A DNA stretch of 64,000 nt, from NCBI GenBank assembly GCA_964016885.1, contig OZ024743.1, forward strand, positions 85,374,001-85,438,000, in the 5' to 3' direction. Below, piece after piece: positions 11,624 through 23,029 of the stretch. A model generated the notes under the pieces. That model did not search any database. It was not told where the DNA came from and saw only the letters and a program-made list of their open reading frames with translations. The position numbers and the translations under genes are program-made. Position 1 is the stretch's first letter. Each line of letters opens with the position of its first letter. This DNA comes from Eledone cirrhosa (lineage: Eukaryota).

Positions 11624-12531
11624 TGTTGAACCTCCTTTGTAGAATTGGAGAAACCACTACAATGTTGAACCTCCCTTGTAGAATTAGAGAAGTCACTACA
11701 ATGTTGAACCTCCTTTGTAGAATTAGAGAAGTCACTACAATGTTGAACCTCCTTTGTAGAATTGGAGAAACCACTACAGTGTTGAACCTCCTTTGTAGAA
11801 TTGGAGAAACCACTACAATGTTGAACCTCCTTTGTAGAATTGGAGAAGTCACTACAATGTTGAACCTCCCTTGTAGAATTGGAGAAACCACTACAATGTT
11901 GAACCTCCTTTGTAGAATTGGAGAAGTCACTACAATGTTGAACCTCCCTTGTAGAATTGGAGAAACCACTACAATGTTGAACCTCCTTTGTAGAATTGGA
12001 GAAGTCACTACAATGTTGAACCTCCCTTGTAGAATTGGAGAAACCACTACAATGTTGAACCTCCTTTGTAGAATTAGAGAAGTCACTACAATGTTGAACC
12101 TCCCTTGTAGAATTGGAGAAAGCACTACAATGTTGAACCTCCCTTGTAGAATTAGAGAAGTCACTACAATGTTGAACCTCCCTTGTAGAATTGGAGAAAC
12201 CACTACAATGTTGAACCTCCCTTGTAGAATTGGAGAAACCACTACAATGTTGAACCTCCCTTGTAGAATTAGAGAAGTCACTACAATGTTGAACCTCCCT
12301 TGTAGAATTAGAGAAGTCGCTACAATGTTGAACCTCCCTTGTAGGATTGGAGAAACCACTACAATCTTGAACCTCCCTTGTAGGATTAGAGAAGCCACTA
12401 CAATCTTGAACCTCCCTTGTAGAATTAGAGAAGTCACTACAATGTTGAACCTCCCTTGTAGAATTGGAGAAGCCACTACAGTGTTGAACCTCCCTTGTAG
12501 GATTGGAGAAGCCACTACAATGTTGAACCTC
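11624..12531. repeat. 39-bp minisatellite, ~23 copies (tgttgaacctcccttgtagaattggagaaaccactacaa)
   Basis: Directly visible homogeneous tandem array with a few biallelic positions. Confidence 0.97.
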
Positions 12532-12639
12532 AGCATAAAGAGACAATCATATATTTGACTTGCCACTGACTCCATACACTGGTTTAGACTCTGACTGCAT
12601 GTGATGGTGATGTGACAGACATAATAGTACAGTGAGTGA

Positions 12640-12950
12640 TACAAGCTGTGACAGACTATCACAGACATAACTGTATAGACTGTCACATAACTATGACACA
12701 CACATTTGCGAAACACAGTTAACACACACAACTGTGACACATAATACACCCACAACTTTCCATAATGTGCCACGTACTGACTATAACACACATGTGTACA
12801 GTCTCTAATACACAACTGTGATAGAATGTGACACACAAAACTGTGACAATGTGACACACAAAACTGTGATAAAATGTGATACACAAAACTGTAACACGCA
12901 ACTGTGAAAAAATATGACACACAAAGCTGTGACAGGATGTGACACAACTG
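12640..12950. repeat. Degenerate short-unit tandem repeat (cacacaaaactgtga...)
   Basis: Recurrent actgtga/gacacaca motifs. Confidence 0.65.
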
Positions 12951-12999
12951 TAAGAAAATAACAGAAATTTATACGAAACAAAATGAAAATGTCACTTAC

Positions 13000-13115
13000 T
13001 TAATCACAGTTCCTTTCTTCATATGTAGCTTGATCCAGTGCTGAATCTGGCTGCCCTCACTCTCCCAGTAGGTGTCGGGGTCATCATCTGTCAGATTAAG
13101 GGGTCCACCATCATC
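13000..13115 (-). CDS. HECTD3: HECTD3-like exon, DOC/APC10 domain start ([38 protein letters not shown])
   Basis: Acceptor AAACAG and donor AA|GTAAGT; 116 nt, phase 0 to 2. LTD...DTYWESxG and HWxxLxMKKGT are DOC/HECTD3 signatures. Confidence 0.95.
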
Positions 13116-13410
13116 CTGTTTTAGCAGACAAACATAAAATTATATTGCAATGAGAAATATATAAAAAATATAGCAATGAGGAAAAAAAAGACTATGAAAA
13201 AATATATACGTTTATATATATATTCTTCTTCTTGCTCGATGAGACTTGGGTCATCCTAGGTCAGTGATCCCAGAGACATCATCAGACATAGAGGTGACAG
13301 GTTCGCCAGTGCCCTCCATCACTAGCGGTTCCATACCAGCTCCACTACACCCTCCAAAGTGACATCAAGCCTCTGGAGAGCTTTCTTGATGATATATATA
13401 TATATATGTA

Positions 13411-14204
13411 TCATCATCATCATCATCATCATAGTTTAACGTCCATCTTCCACGCTTGCATGGGTTTGGACGGGAGTTTTCCCACTTGAGGCAAGATTGG
13501 TTGTCTTGCTCGTATAGGACTGTCTGGCGGGTTTTCTACAGCTGGATGCCCTTCCTAACACCAACCACATTTACAGTGTGGACTGGGAGGTTTTTACCGT
13601 GTTACCTACACGGCCACATTACAGCGTGTGTTTTTTTTTTCGTGATACCTACACGACCTCATTTATTTCGGACTGGATGTTGTGGTACCAACATAACTTT
13701 ACATCGAAAGGGGTGGTGTGGATGGGGTGGGGGTGGTGGGGTGGGGTGTATTTTTGTTGAGGTGCCTACTGACTGTAGGTTTCGCTTTGTACTTAGGCAA
13801 GGCGGGTCTTCTGTATTACTGTGTAGCGCCAAAGATCTCAGTCCAGTGACATTGTCTTGCAGAGGTGTAAGTGTGTGAGGTCGGAATTTATCAAGTCGTC
13901 CCATGTTTTTCTGGGTTTGCCTACTCCGTGGCTACCGTCTATTTTTATCGCCCTGCACTTTTTTATACAGCTGTCGTCTTTCATGCGCATCACGTGACCA
14001 TACCAACGTAGTCTTCTCTCGTGTAAACAACATTTGATTCCTCTTATTCCTAATTTCTCCCTTAGTTCATTTATGCTTTGCCGTTCATGTATATTACTAT
14101 TACACATCCAACGGAGCATGCAAGCTTCATTCCTCTCCAGTCTGCGTATATCCTCTGCACACAATGCCCAAGTCTCACTGCCATGTAACATTGCTGTTCG
14201 TATG
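13411..14204 (-). mobile_element. RTE-clade LINE, 3' part (ORF C-terminus, 3' UTR, (GAT)n tail)
   Basis: MLHGSETWAL...RRLRWYGHVMRM...GKPRKTW; (cat)n tail on the plus strand at ~13411-13431. Confidence 0.9.
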
Positions 14205-15090
14205 TAGGGTAAGAACGGGATGGAAGAAGTTCAGGGAACTACTTGTTCAGAAAGTACAATAACTAGGGTAAGAACGGGATGGAAGAAGTTCAGGGAACTA
14301 CTACCACTGCTAGCTGCAAAAGGCTTCTCCCTCAAAATGAAAGGCAGACTGTATGATGCGTGTATCCGAACAGCAATGTTACATGGTAGTGAGACCTGGG
14401 CGCTGAAGGTGGAAGACTTACGTAGATTAGAGAGAAACGAAGCCTGCATGCTCCGATGGATGTGTAATAGTAATATACGCGAACGACAAAGCATAAATGA
14501 ATTGAGAGAGAGACTGAGGATAAGAGGAATCAAATGCTGTGTGCAGGAAAGGCGGATGCGTTGGTATGGACATGTGATGCGTATGAAGGATGACAGCTGC
14601 ATAAAAAGGTGCAGAGCACTAGAAATCGATGGAAACCGCGGAGTGGGGAGACCCAAGATGACCTGGGATGAGGTGATAAAAGCTGACCTTACCCAATTAC
14701 ACCTCTCAAAGGTGATGACACACGATCGTGACCTATGGCGTCATGCAGTAATACAGAGTACCCAACCTCCCATGGGTACAAGCTGAAGCATATAGACAAT
14801 ATGCCTCCACACCCTCCCACTGCAAGGTGGCCGTGGAGGTGCCACGGCAAAAAAGCACCCAGCCCACACTGTAAAGTGGACGTGTAGGCGTCACGAAAAA
14901 GCACCCAGCACTCACTGTAAATGAGGTTGGTGTTAGGAAGGGCATCCAGCTGTAGAAATGAAGCCAAATCAGTTCCTGTATTAGCAAGGAATGGTCAGCC
15001 GACCAGACACTGCCCACAACAGGAAAACCCGTCTAACCCATGCTAGCGTGGAAGAATGGACGTAAAACGGTGATGATGATGATGATGATG
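14205..15090 (+). mobile_element. 5'-truncated RTE LINE inserted antisense into another RTE
   Basis: ORF 14220..14786 (RTGWKKFRELL...HGSETW...RWYGHVMRM), 3' UTR and (GAT)n tail at ~15072-15090. The flanks rejoin as the host ORF YDACI|RTAMLHGSETW. Confidence 0.9.
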
Positions 15091-15745
15091 CAGGCATCAT
15101 ACAGCCTGCCTTTCATTTTTAGAGAGAACCCTTTAGCGGCCAATAGTGGTATAAGCTCTCTGAACCTTTTCCATCCCGTTCTGACTCTAGCTACTGTACT
15201 TTCAGAGCACCTTCCACCACTGCTGATTTTGTCACCCAGGTAACGGAAGGTGTCCACTATTTCTATAGAACCATCTGTGCAATGGAATGAGCTAGTATTC
15301 TGTGTGCACTTGCTGCTACTTATTGCTCCTGAGCACCGGCCACATATAAAATCTATATTCTTAGTTAGCTTACCACTACATCTTTTATGCACCCATACTT
15401 TGCATTTGGGACATAAAATTGAGTTTCTGCCTACTCCTTTCCTACACACTGAGCATGGCCATTTCCCAGATGGGACCAGTGCCATTTTCCTTCCTACAAA
15501 CTAGAACTTTAGTCTTAGACAGGTTAATTTTAAGGCCTCTTGATTCTAGGCCATGCTTCCATGTTTGGAATTTCTTCTCTAGTTCAGCCATTGATTCAGC
15601 TATGAGCGTTAGATCATCTGCGTATAGAAGTTCCCATGGGCAGCCGGTCTTGAACTCCTCTGTTATAGCCTGAAGGGCAATAATCTGTTGTACTTTTACC
15701 TGACACAAACCCGAACTGCATTTCGTCTAGATCAATTCGCTCTCT
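15091..15745 (-). mobile_element. RTE LINE, RT C-terminal half with PHD-like insert (continuation of 13411-14204)
   Basis: CPWELLYADDL, GLKINLSKTKVL, CSVC...CPKCKVWVHKRC...CGRC, FRYLG. Confidence 0.9.
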
Positions 15746-15785
15746 GTATATGTATATATATATATATATCATCGTCATCAGTATT

Positions 15786-15887
15786 TTACGTCCATTCTTC
15801 CACGCTAGAATGGGTTATATATATATGTATATATATACATATATACATATATATATAACCCATTCTAGCGTGGAAGAATGGACGTAA
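15786..15887. repeat. Near-perfect 102-bp palindrome (49-bp arms, 4-nt loop)
   Basis: ttacgtccattcttccacgctagaatgggttatatat... pairs with ...atatataacccattctagcgtggaagaatggacgtaa. Confidence 0.92.
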
Positions 15888-15906
15888 TATATGTGTGTAT
15901 GTATGT

Positions 15907-16160
15907 GAAGGCGCATGGCTTAGTGGTTAGAGCATTGGGCTTGCAATTGAAAGGTTGTGAGTTCAATTCTTGAACCGGGTGATGTGTTGTTTCCTTGAGC
16001 AAGACACTTTATTTCACGTTGCTCCAGTTTACTCAGCTGTAGAAATGAGTACCGGCCTGCCTGCCCAGCCAGTGGGATGGCGTTATCTTATGGCTAAAAC
16101 AGCATGACTTGCTGTGACAAGCGGCGCCCGGCCGACTGGTCGGTCAAGGTGATCAAGGAG
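15907..16160 (+). mobile_element. tRNA-derived SINE
   Basis: A box tggcttagtgg and B box gttcaattc, followed by the ccttgagcaagacactttatttcacgttgctccag core seen at other loci in the window. Confidence 0.75.
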
Positions 16161-16190
16161 ATGTGTGTGTATATATATACATATACATAA

Positions 16191-16230
<40 letters not shown>

Positions 16231-16289
16231 CTTGATGAGAACAGACATTGGAAAATGAGTAGAATGGACAAACATATCCCTATATCATC

Positions 16290-16440
16290 AACTGTCCACT
16301 AGGGATTATCAGCTGAGTCAACTGAAGTGACAGGAAATAAAGTGTCTTGCTCAAGGACACAACACATTGCCTGGTCCGGGTATTAAACTCACAATATTAT
16401 GATTGTGAACTCAATGCTCTAAGCACTAAACTCGACATGG
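16290..16440 (-). mobile_element. tRNA-derived SINE, inverted relative to the 15907 copy
   Basis: gaaataaagtgtcttgctcaagga is the reverse complement of the same core. Confidence 0.7.
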
Positions 16441-16602
16441 ATACATAATGTGAAATAAAAGGGACCTGGTAAAAGAGGAGGAGGGGTTGAAGAAAGAAGA
16501 GGAGGGGATAAGAAGAAGAAGAAAGAGGAGGAGGAAGGGTATAAGAAGAAGGAAGTGGAAGAGGAAGGGAGAGGGATGAGAAGAACAACAAGATATACTT
16601 AC

Positions 16603-16834
16603 CGATACACAGGAAGAAGAGACATCCACAGAATCTACATAGTGTCTGAGATTACCCAAGAACTGGCTATTTACATTCATGGTGTTGGCCATCAGTTGGA
16701 CAAGAGCTTCATCATTTTCCATTGTCCAGTTTGGCAACACTCTCGATAGATTTTGCACCATTTCATCATCTGGAGGAACACACTCAAACTTCTTGAGACG
16801 GACGCTAAACTCCTGTTCCACCACTTCCTGCCAA
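16603..16834 (-). CDS. HECTD3: HECTD3-like exon (WQEVVEQEFSVRL...PNWTMENDEALVQL...LGNLRHYVDSVDVSSSCVS)
   Basis: Acceptor CTTCAG and donor TCG|GTAAGT; 232 nt, phase 2 to 0. Resembles the recalled HECTD3 segment W..E.DE.L...LG..K.YVESIDVSS. Overlaps ORF 16426..16824. Confidence 0.92.
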
Positions 16835-17335
16835 CTGAAGAATGGAAAACAAATACAAATATATAATTATATGTATTTGAATTTCGTATTTCTAAAGAAA
16901 TACAGTATGTTTATAAATAAACATTTAGAAAGCCGTAGCTATGAATAACACACTGGCAGCTAATGCCGAAGCAAGAGGGACAATCATTGATACATTTCGA
17001 ACTCAACTGGTTCTCGTCAGGATGATGTCTCCCACTCTTGCAACTGCTGAACTTTGAAACAGGTGAAAATATATAGTTTTTTTCATTTGTGTAAATGAGG
17101 TGATTAATCTCATTTGCATATGAAGCTGTATAAGTTGGCTCAACTTATAATAGAATAGAATTAAGCTTGAATATAGCTGTATACAAATATCTATCTGAAT
17201 TTCGTGTTTCTAAAGAACTAGCTGAGTTCGAAATGCATCGAGGATTGCCCCTTTGCTTCTGCCGGGGACCACCTGGTGGCATCAGGCTGGGGCTTATCCC
17301 CTGTTTCCTTGGTGATAAGCAATGGATATACACAT

Positions 17336-17566
17336 GCCGTAGTTTTTGACTAAAGAAATTATAGCCTGATAGTGGAGTTTAGAACCCTCTAAGAAATGGA
17401 AACAGATGAGTATTGATGTACATGGAAGTGAAAACACATCTTTGGTTATCCAGACCAAAGATGTGGGTTCAACTTCCATGTACATCAATACTCATCTTTT
17501 TCCATTTCTTAGAGAGTTCTAAACCCCACAATCAGAAAAAAATTTCTTTAGTAAAAAAAATATGGC
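17336..17566. repeat. Imperfect foldback (~110-bp arms), MITE-like
   Basis: actaaagaaatt...gatgagtattgatgtacatggaagt...acatctttggt pairs with accaaagatgt...acttccatgtacatcaatactcatc...aatttctttagt; centre near 17448. Confidence 0.88.
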
Positions 17567-17634
17567 GAATGCTTCTATTTCTAATTTCAATCTCGCTCGC
17601 TGTTTCAAAAACATACTTACTTGATATATATATA

Positions 17635-18810
17635 CTTTCAGGTCCCAAATTATAGAGGGTAGTGGAATAAATAGGGAGCGGAGAATAGGTATTTGTGTAG
17701 TGTACAATCGTAAAAACGGGATTTTTTGTCATCTATATATATAAAACTGAGGATGTCTGTCTGTGTGTGAGTTTGAATCCCTAAAACTCGAGAACCACCC
17801 AACCGACTGTTTTCAAACTTTACACATGTAATACTTATGTTTCAGGGAGTGTTCTGAGCAAAAAAAATGTTAAAGTTTTAATGCCCTAGGGACCGCATTA
17901 GGCGATTTAGCGATCTCTCCCTATAATTCTTAGTCTTTCTCTTTTTAGATAGATACATACATATAACGTCGCGCCCTTATAATATCTGTCTGTATGTCTG
18001 ACTGTATGCATTATGTCACTTCCCTGGGGATGTATGTGTGTGTGCGTGTGTGTGTCTGTGAGTTTCAATCCCTAAAACTCGAGAAGTACCCAACCAACTT
18101 TTTTCAAACTTTACATGTGTATTACTTGTTTCAGAGAGTGTTGTGCACATAAAAAAATTCAACTTTTTGATCCCCTAGGGCCCGCATTAGTTGAAAAACT
18201 GCGTTTTTTCAGGTTTTTAGGGAGTTTTTGAGTCAGACTGATTTCCTTGAAATTGTAACTATGTATTAGTCAGTCTCTTCTTCATACCGTGAGCAAAGAA
18301 AATCCAACTTTTTTATGGCCTAGGGCCCGCATTAGGTGAAAAACTTCATTTTTTCAGCTTTTTAGGGCTTTTTTGAGGCGTTACGTCTAGCTGATTTTCC
18401 CGAAATTTGAAGGCATATTATGCACATAAAAAAATTTATTTTATTCATCCCCTAGGAAAACCTGCATTTTTCCTGCTTCATCGAGGAAAATCTTAAAGAT
18501 TATCCAGCCATCAGAGTATTTGGTTTATTTTTTTTACATATTGTCCATGCATGCAGTTTTTCCACGATTAGGTCTGTTGGCGGTGCGCGTTCCAAAATAC
18601 CTTATCCCGTGCAACGCCAGGTACCACTGCTAGTATATAATGTTTTTTTAATGTGAAATAAAATTATCAGATTCTCCAGCTGGTGTATCGATATAAATCA
18701 CTTACAATAAAATAGATTAGCAAAATTTAATAAGCGAGGGAAAAGGGGTTGGAAAAAAATCCGAAAAATTAGTAAGTGGGGGGGGGGGGCGATTATTCAA
18801 AACCTGAGAG
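17635..18810. mobile_element. TA-flanked non-autonomous DNA transposon (Tc1/mariner/pogo-like) hosting a Helitron
   Basis: ta|ctttcaggt... and ...acctgagag|ta form imperfect inverted termini within TA runs. Confidence 0.5.
17732..18633 (+). mobile_element. Non-autonomous Helitron (~0.9 kb)
   Basis: A|TCTATATATATAAAACTG start; subterminal cccgtgcaacgccagg hairpin-like motif and CTAG|T end; internal sub-repeats (ccctaaaactcgagaa x2, cctaggg(a/c)ccgcattag x3). Confidence 0.85.
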
Positions 18811-19050
18811 TATATATATAAAAAAATTAGAGAGAGTTGGGGCCCTGACGGCTGAGCTCTTGCCATTTTGACAGCTAATTACAGACTCTCTAATATAGTG
18901 ACACTCTACTATCCCAAGTATCGAGTATTCTACTTTAAAACTGGTAAAATCCTATCTCTCCCTCTCTATATATATACACACACATATATACATATACATA
19001 TATATACATATATATATTTGTATATATATATTTGTATGTATACAATCAAT

Positions 19051-22000
19051 ATAATAATAATGAAATTATTGTGTACAGTGCTCAGGTGCACTACAACTCA
19101 TCAAAGGTGCATGTATAGTACATAGAATAATGTACAAATGTCAGGAAAATGAACAGTGTACGATTCATGAAATACATGTGTGCATGTGTATGGAGGGGGA
19201 TATCAGGTGTAGTGTTGGCGAATCTCAGGAAGCATGGAAGTTTTGAAGGATGCAGTGTCCTGACAGCTAACAACTGATGCAGGTAGTTCGTTTCATGCTT
19301 CAGCAACTCTGAGCGGGATAATATGTTTCCGAAAGTCATGGGAGCTGTGCTGTTTTCTGACTTTGTAGGCATGCTCACGTGTGTTAGACACAAAAAGATG
19401 CTCAGGGTTGTTGTTGGCAAGATGGTTAACAATTTTGTGGGTGTTTACCAAGTCAGTTGCCAGGCGTCGGAGCTTCAATGTATCCATGCCCAGAGAAGCA
19501 AGGTGTTCAGAGTATGGTAGATGCATGATGGAGGGTATTCGCTTGGTTGCACGTCTCTGAACAGTTTCCAGGTAATCAATGTTCTGAGCAAGATAGGGGT
19601 TCCAGACTGGTGATGCAAATTCTAAGTGTGGCTGCACCATAGCTATATACAGCTTTAAATAGGTAGCTGGAGAGCGGCTGACAAAGGTCTTGCTGAGTGA
19701 TGCCAAGACACCCTCGGCCTTTTTGACAATTTTAGAGACTTGCTTCGTCCAACGCAAATCGCTGTTGACAGTAATGCCCAGGTCACGTTCACAAGAAGAC
19801 TTCTTGATATTAGTGTTGTGGAGGGAGTATGTGGATGCTGGGTTTTTACTCCCAAAATGCATGGTGGTACACTTGTCCACAGCTAACTTGAGTTGCCAGT
19901 CCGTGATCCATTGTTGCATTGTGTCCAGGTCAGTTTGCAGGAAAAATCGATAGTGTTCAGGATCTGTCCTTTTTATCTTAAGGTACAGCTTGATGTCATC
20001 TGCATATTTCAGTACTGTGGCATTCTTTAAGTTGGCATTTATGTCATTAATATATGCCACAAACAAAAGGGGGCCAAGGACAGATCCCTGTGGTACACCA
20101 AATGACATCTCATATGGTGAGGAATGCTGTCCTAGAACCGTGACTACCTTTCTTCGACTGAGAATGAAGGACTTCGACCAGTTAAAAAGATCATCCCTCA
20201 CACCCATTGCAGAGAGTTTTGCCATAAGTCTTTTGTGTGGCACAGAATTGAAAGCTTTAGAAAAGTCAAGGTAAACAACATCCACCCATGAGCCACCATC
20301 AGTGATCCGGGTGATGTCTTCAAGAAACTTGATAAGTTGATCACAGCAACCGGAGTTAGGGATAAATCCAAATTGCAAGGGCCGGATAAGACTGTGAGAG
20401 TTCCAGAAGTCCCAGAGTGTTTCTCTGACACAGGATTCCATCAGTTTGGCAATGCAGGTAGTAAGACTGACTGGATGATAGTTCACAGGTGATGTGCGGT
20501 CACCCTTTTTGAGCAGAGGAATGACACTGGCAGTTTTCCACTGCTCTGGAGTTTGCACCGTTGTTCAGACAGAATTGGAAGAAGTGTGATAGCAGGTGCA
20601 GAAGGAAGTACCCACCACATTTGAGAAGCAGGTACGTAACACCATCAAGACTAGGAGAGGCATGGTTGCGTTTATTTTTAAGGTGACGTCGCAGCATTGC
20701 AGATGTAAATTCCATAGTAGTAAATGAATCCAATGTCAGAGGTGGTGGAGATGGTACACTCTGGTCTTCAACAGTGAAAATGCCTGCATAGCATTCAGCA
20801 ATGAGTTCTGCGCTTTCCTTGGGGCCATCAGTAACCTGGCTTGTGTGGGGATTGTGAAGAGGACCAAGTGGAGAGTGAGTCCTCTGCTTTAAGTGAAAAT
20901 ACTTCCAGAACACCTTACTGTCAGGGTTGGTTGCTATGCGCTGCTCAAATTCAAGCACTGCCTTTTTGTCACCTGCTTGAGATAGTTGGATGATTTATTT
21001 CGCTTCTTCCTATTGATATCTGATTTATGCAGTTTGTACTCACGTTCAGCATTACGACGTTCTTTTCTGGCAAGATGGACTGCTGCAGTCTCCCAAATTG
21101 CACTTTTGGGATGTTTTTTCTGCTTACGTGGCACCAATGCTGCACATGCTGTCCATATTGAGTTCAGGATGTTCTGGAGTAGAGTGTTGACATCTCCAGA
21201 GTCGTAAAACTCAAGCCAGTTTGGACGTTGCAACTCGGTGCAGTAATAGTTCCAGTCTGCTTTATTCCAGTCAAAGTGAGCAATTTGGAGACGGTTGTGG
21301 TTTTTGTTACTGCCCATGAGGGATAGATTGGCAATGATCATAGCATGATCAGAGTCACCTAAAGGTTCCTCGGTAGTAACACTAATAACCGTTTCAGGCG
21401 TAGTGGTGAAGAGTAGATCCAAAATGTTGTCACCTCTTGTTGGGGAGGTGACTACTTGGGACCAGTTCGAGTCCAACACTAGTTCAAGGAAATCATTTGC
21501 ACTTTGCGGCCAACGAAAGGTTTCCCAGTCAATCTCAGGGTGATTAAAGTCCCCTGCAATAAAAACATAAGTGGCTGTTTTCCTGGCAGCAGCTCTGAGG
21601 ATATCACAAAGTTGAGTGTCCTGATGGTAATTTGGGGGATGGTAAACGACTCCAAGTAGCAGTGTTGACATGGTCATACGTATATCGCAGAAAAATACTT
21701 CTTGCTGCGATTGGTTCAAATCAACACAAGGAATTGCTGAAAAATTTGACCGAACGTAGACCATTACACCACCAACATGACGATTAATGCGGTCTTTACG
21801 AAACAAGTTGTAGCCAGTTATGCTGAAAGCCCCATCACTGTAATGAAGTCGTGACTGTAATGAAGTCAGGGTCGATACTTTTGACGTAGGAGTCAAAAAG
21901 ATGTATCTTATTGCATAGACTACGTGCATTCAAGGACAACAAATTGTACCTTGATTCCAGTCTATGATTATGTGCAGGGGATGACAGGTTGTTCTGATTT

Positions 22001-22440
22001 AGTTTCCCAGAGTTTTTTCAGTTTTTTTATTGCCAGTTATTGTGGGAACAGTGTTTTCAGACCATCTGGTATTTCTTTTCCATGTTTCACCAGCCTTAAT
22101 AAACTTCCATATCTGCCCATCATCACATAGGCTGAAGCTTTCATGTGCCGAGTTGCGGTTTAAGGAAGCTGCAGCATGCAGCTTTGGGCGGACATCAAGT
22201 GGAAGACCAGGGCGTGTTCAGAAGGCAATCCGACTTTCTCGCCTAGCTTTATCAGAGGCCAAAAGATATGAACGTGCGTCAGTTGAGTTCGAAAAAGACA
22301 GTCTAATTAGCCTGTGTTTCGGACCTGGTCAGATAAGGCGTAGAGCACACTTCAGGGGAGCACAGCCCAAGTCTTTGAATGAACTGGCAGCAAATGTCTG
22401 AAGGTCAACTATATCTTCTGGTACACCATTGGCTCACTTC
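19051..22440 (-). mobile_element. CR1/L2-type LINE, near full ORF2 (APE endonuclease + RT) plus ORF1-like remnant, frameshifted
   Basis: EN motifs GYNLFRKDR, GDFNHP, LDLLF, SDH; RT motifs YLDFSKAF, GVPQGSVLGP, YADD; (ATT)n 3' tail at ~19051; bounded by (TA)n. Confidence 0.93.
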
Positions 22441-22442
22441 AT

Positions 22443-22501
<59 letters not shown>

Positions 22502-23029
22502 AAGGTATATATTCAGTTAGAAACTCAAAATAGTCACAATAAAATAGCTCCAGGAAAGAGATTTTTTCGAACCGTATATCATAATTGAATATAAAAGAGA
22601 GATGGGTGATTGGTAGTTACCACAATTCTGGTTTGTATTTATTTTCTTGATTTATTCTAAATTGAGTCTGGCAAACCCTATTGTCCATAGTTTGTATTGT
22701 TTTCACCTTAGCGAATCTGGTCCCTTACGATTTGAACACATATATGTATATATATGTGTTTATCTCTCTTTTAAATATACAATGAATGTAAGTAGTACAT
22801 TAGAATGTTCAGGTTTACACATAGGTTATATCAAATCTGCACCCCCACTTTCTAGAACTATGCCTCTTTACCATACAACCTTTAATGCTTATATTAATAC
22901 ATCATTATCTGCTGACACTAATCACTTTCACAGTAATTCTCATGTTCTGTTCACTTTTCAAAAGCCTGCTTTTTTTTAAATGGATGTTTTATGTAACTCA
23001 ATTTTTCTATGTCTTTCCTGATGAAATGG

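Noticed and set aside
11578-12947. Three long repetitive ORFs as real genes
   Set aside because: They come from a 39-bp (3n) tandem unit inside an intron. The HECTD3 exons splice across it in frame.
15907-15985. tRNA gene
   Set aside because: A and B boxes are present, but the sequence runs into a SINE body found elsewhere in the window and has no convincing cloverleaf.
16426-16602. Hydrophobic C-terminal extension of ORF 16426..16824
   Set aside because: Read-through past a strong GTAAGT donor into low-complexity intronic sequence.
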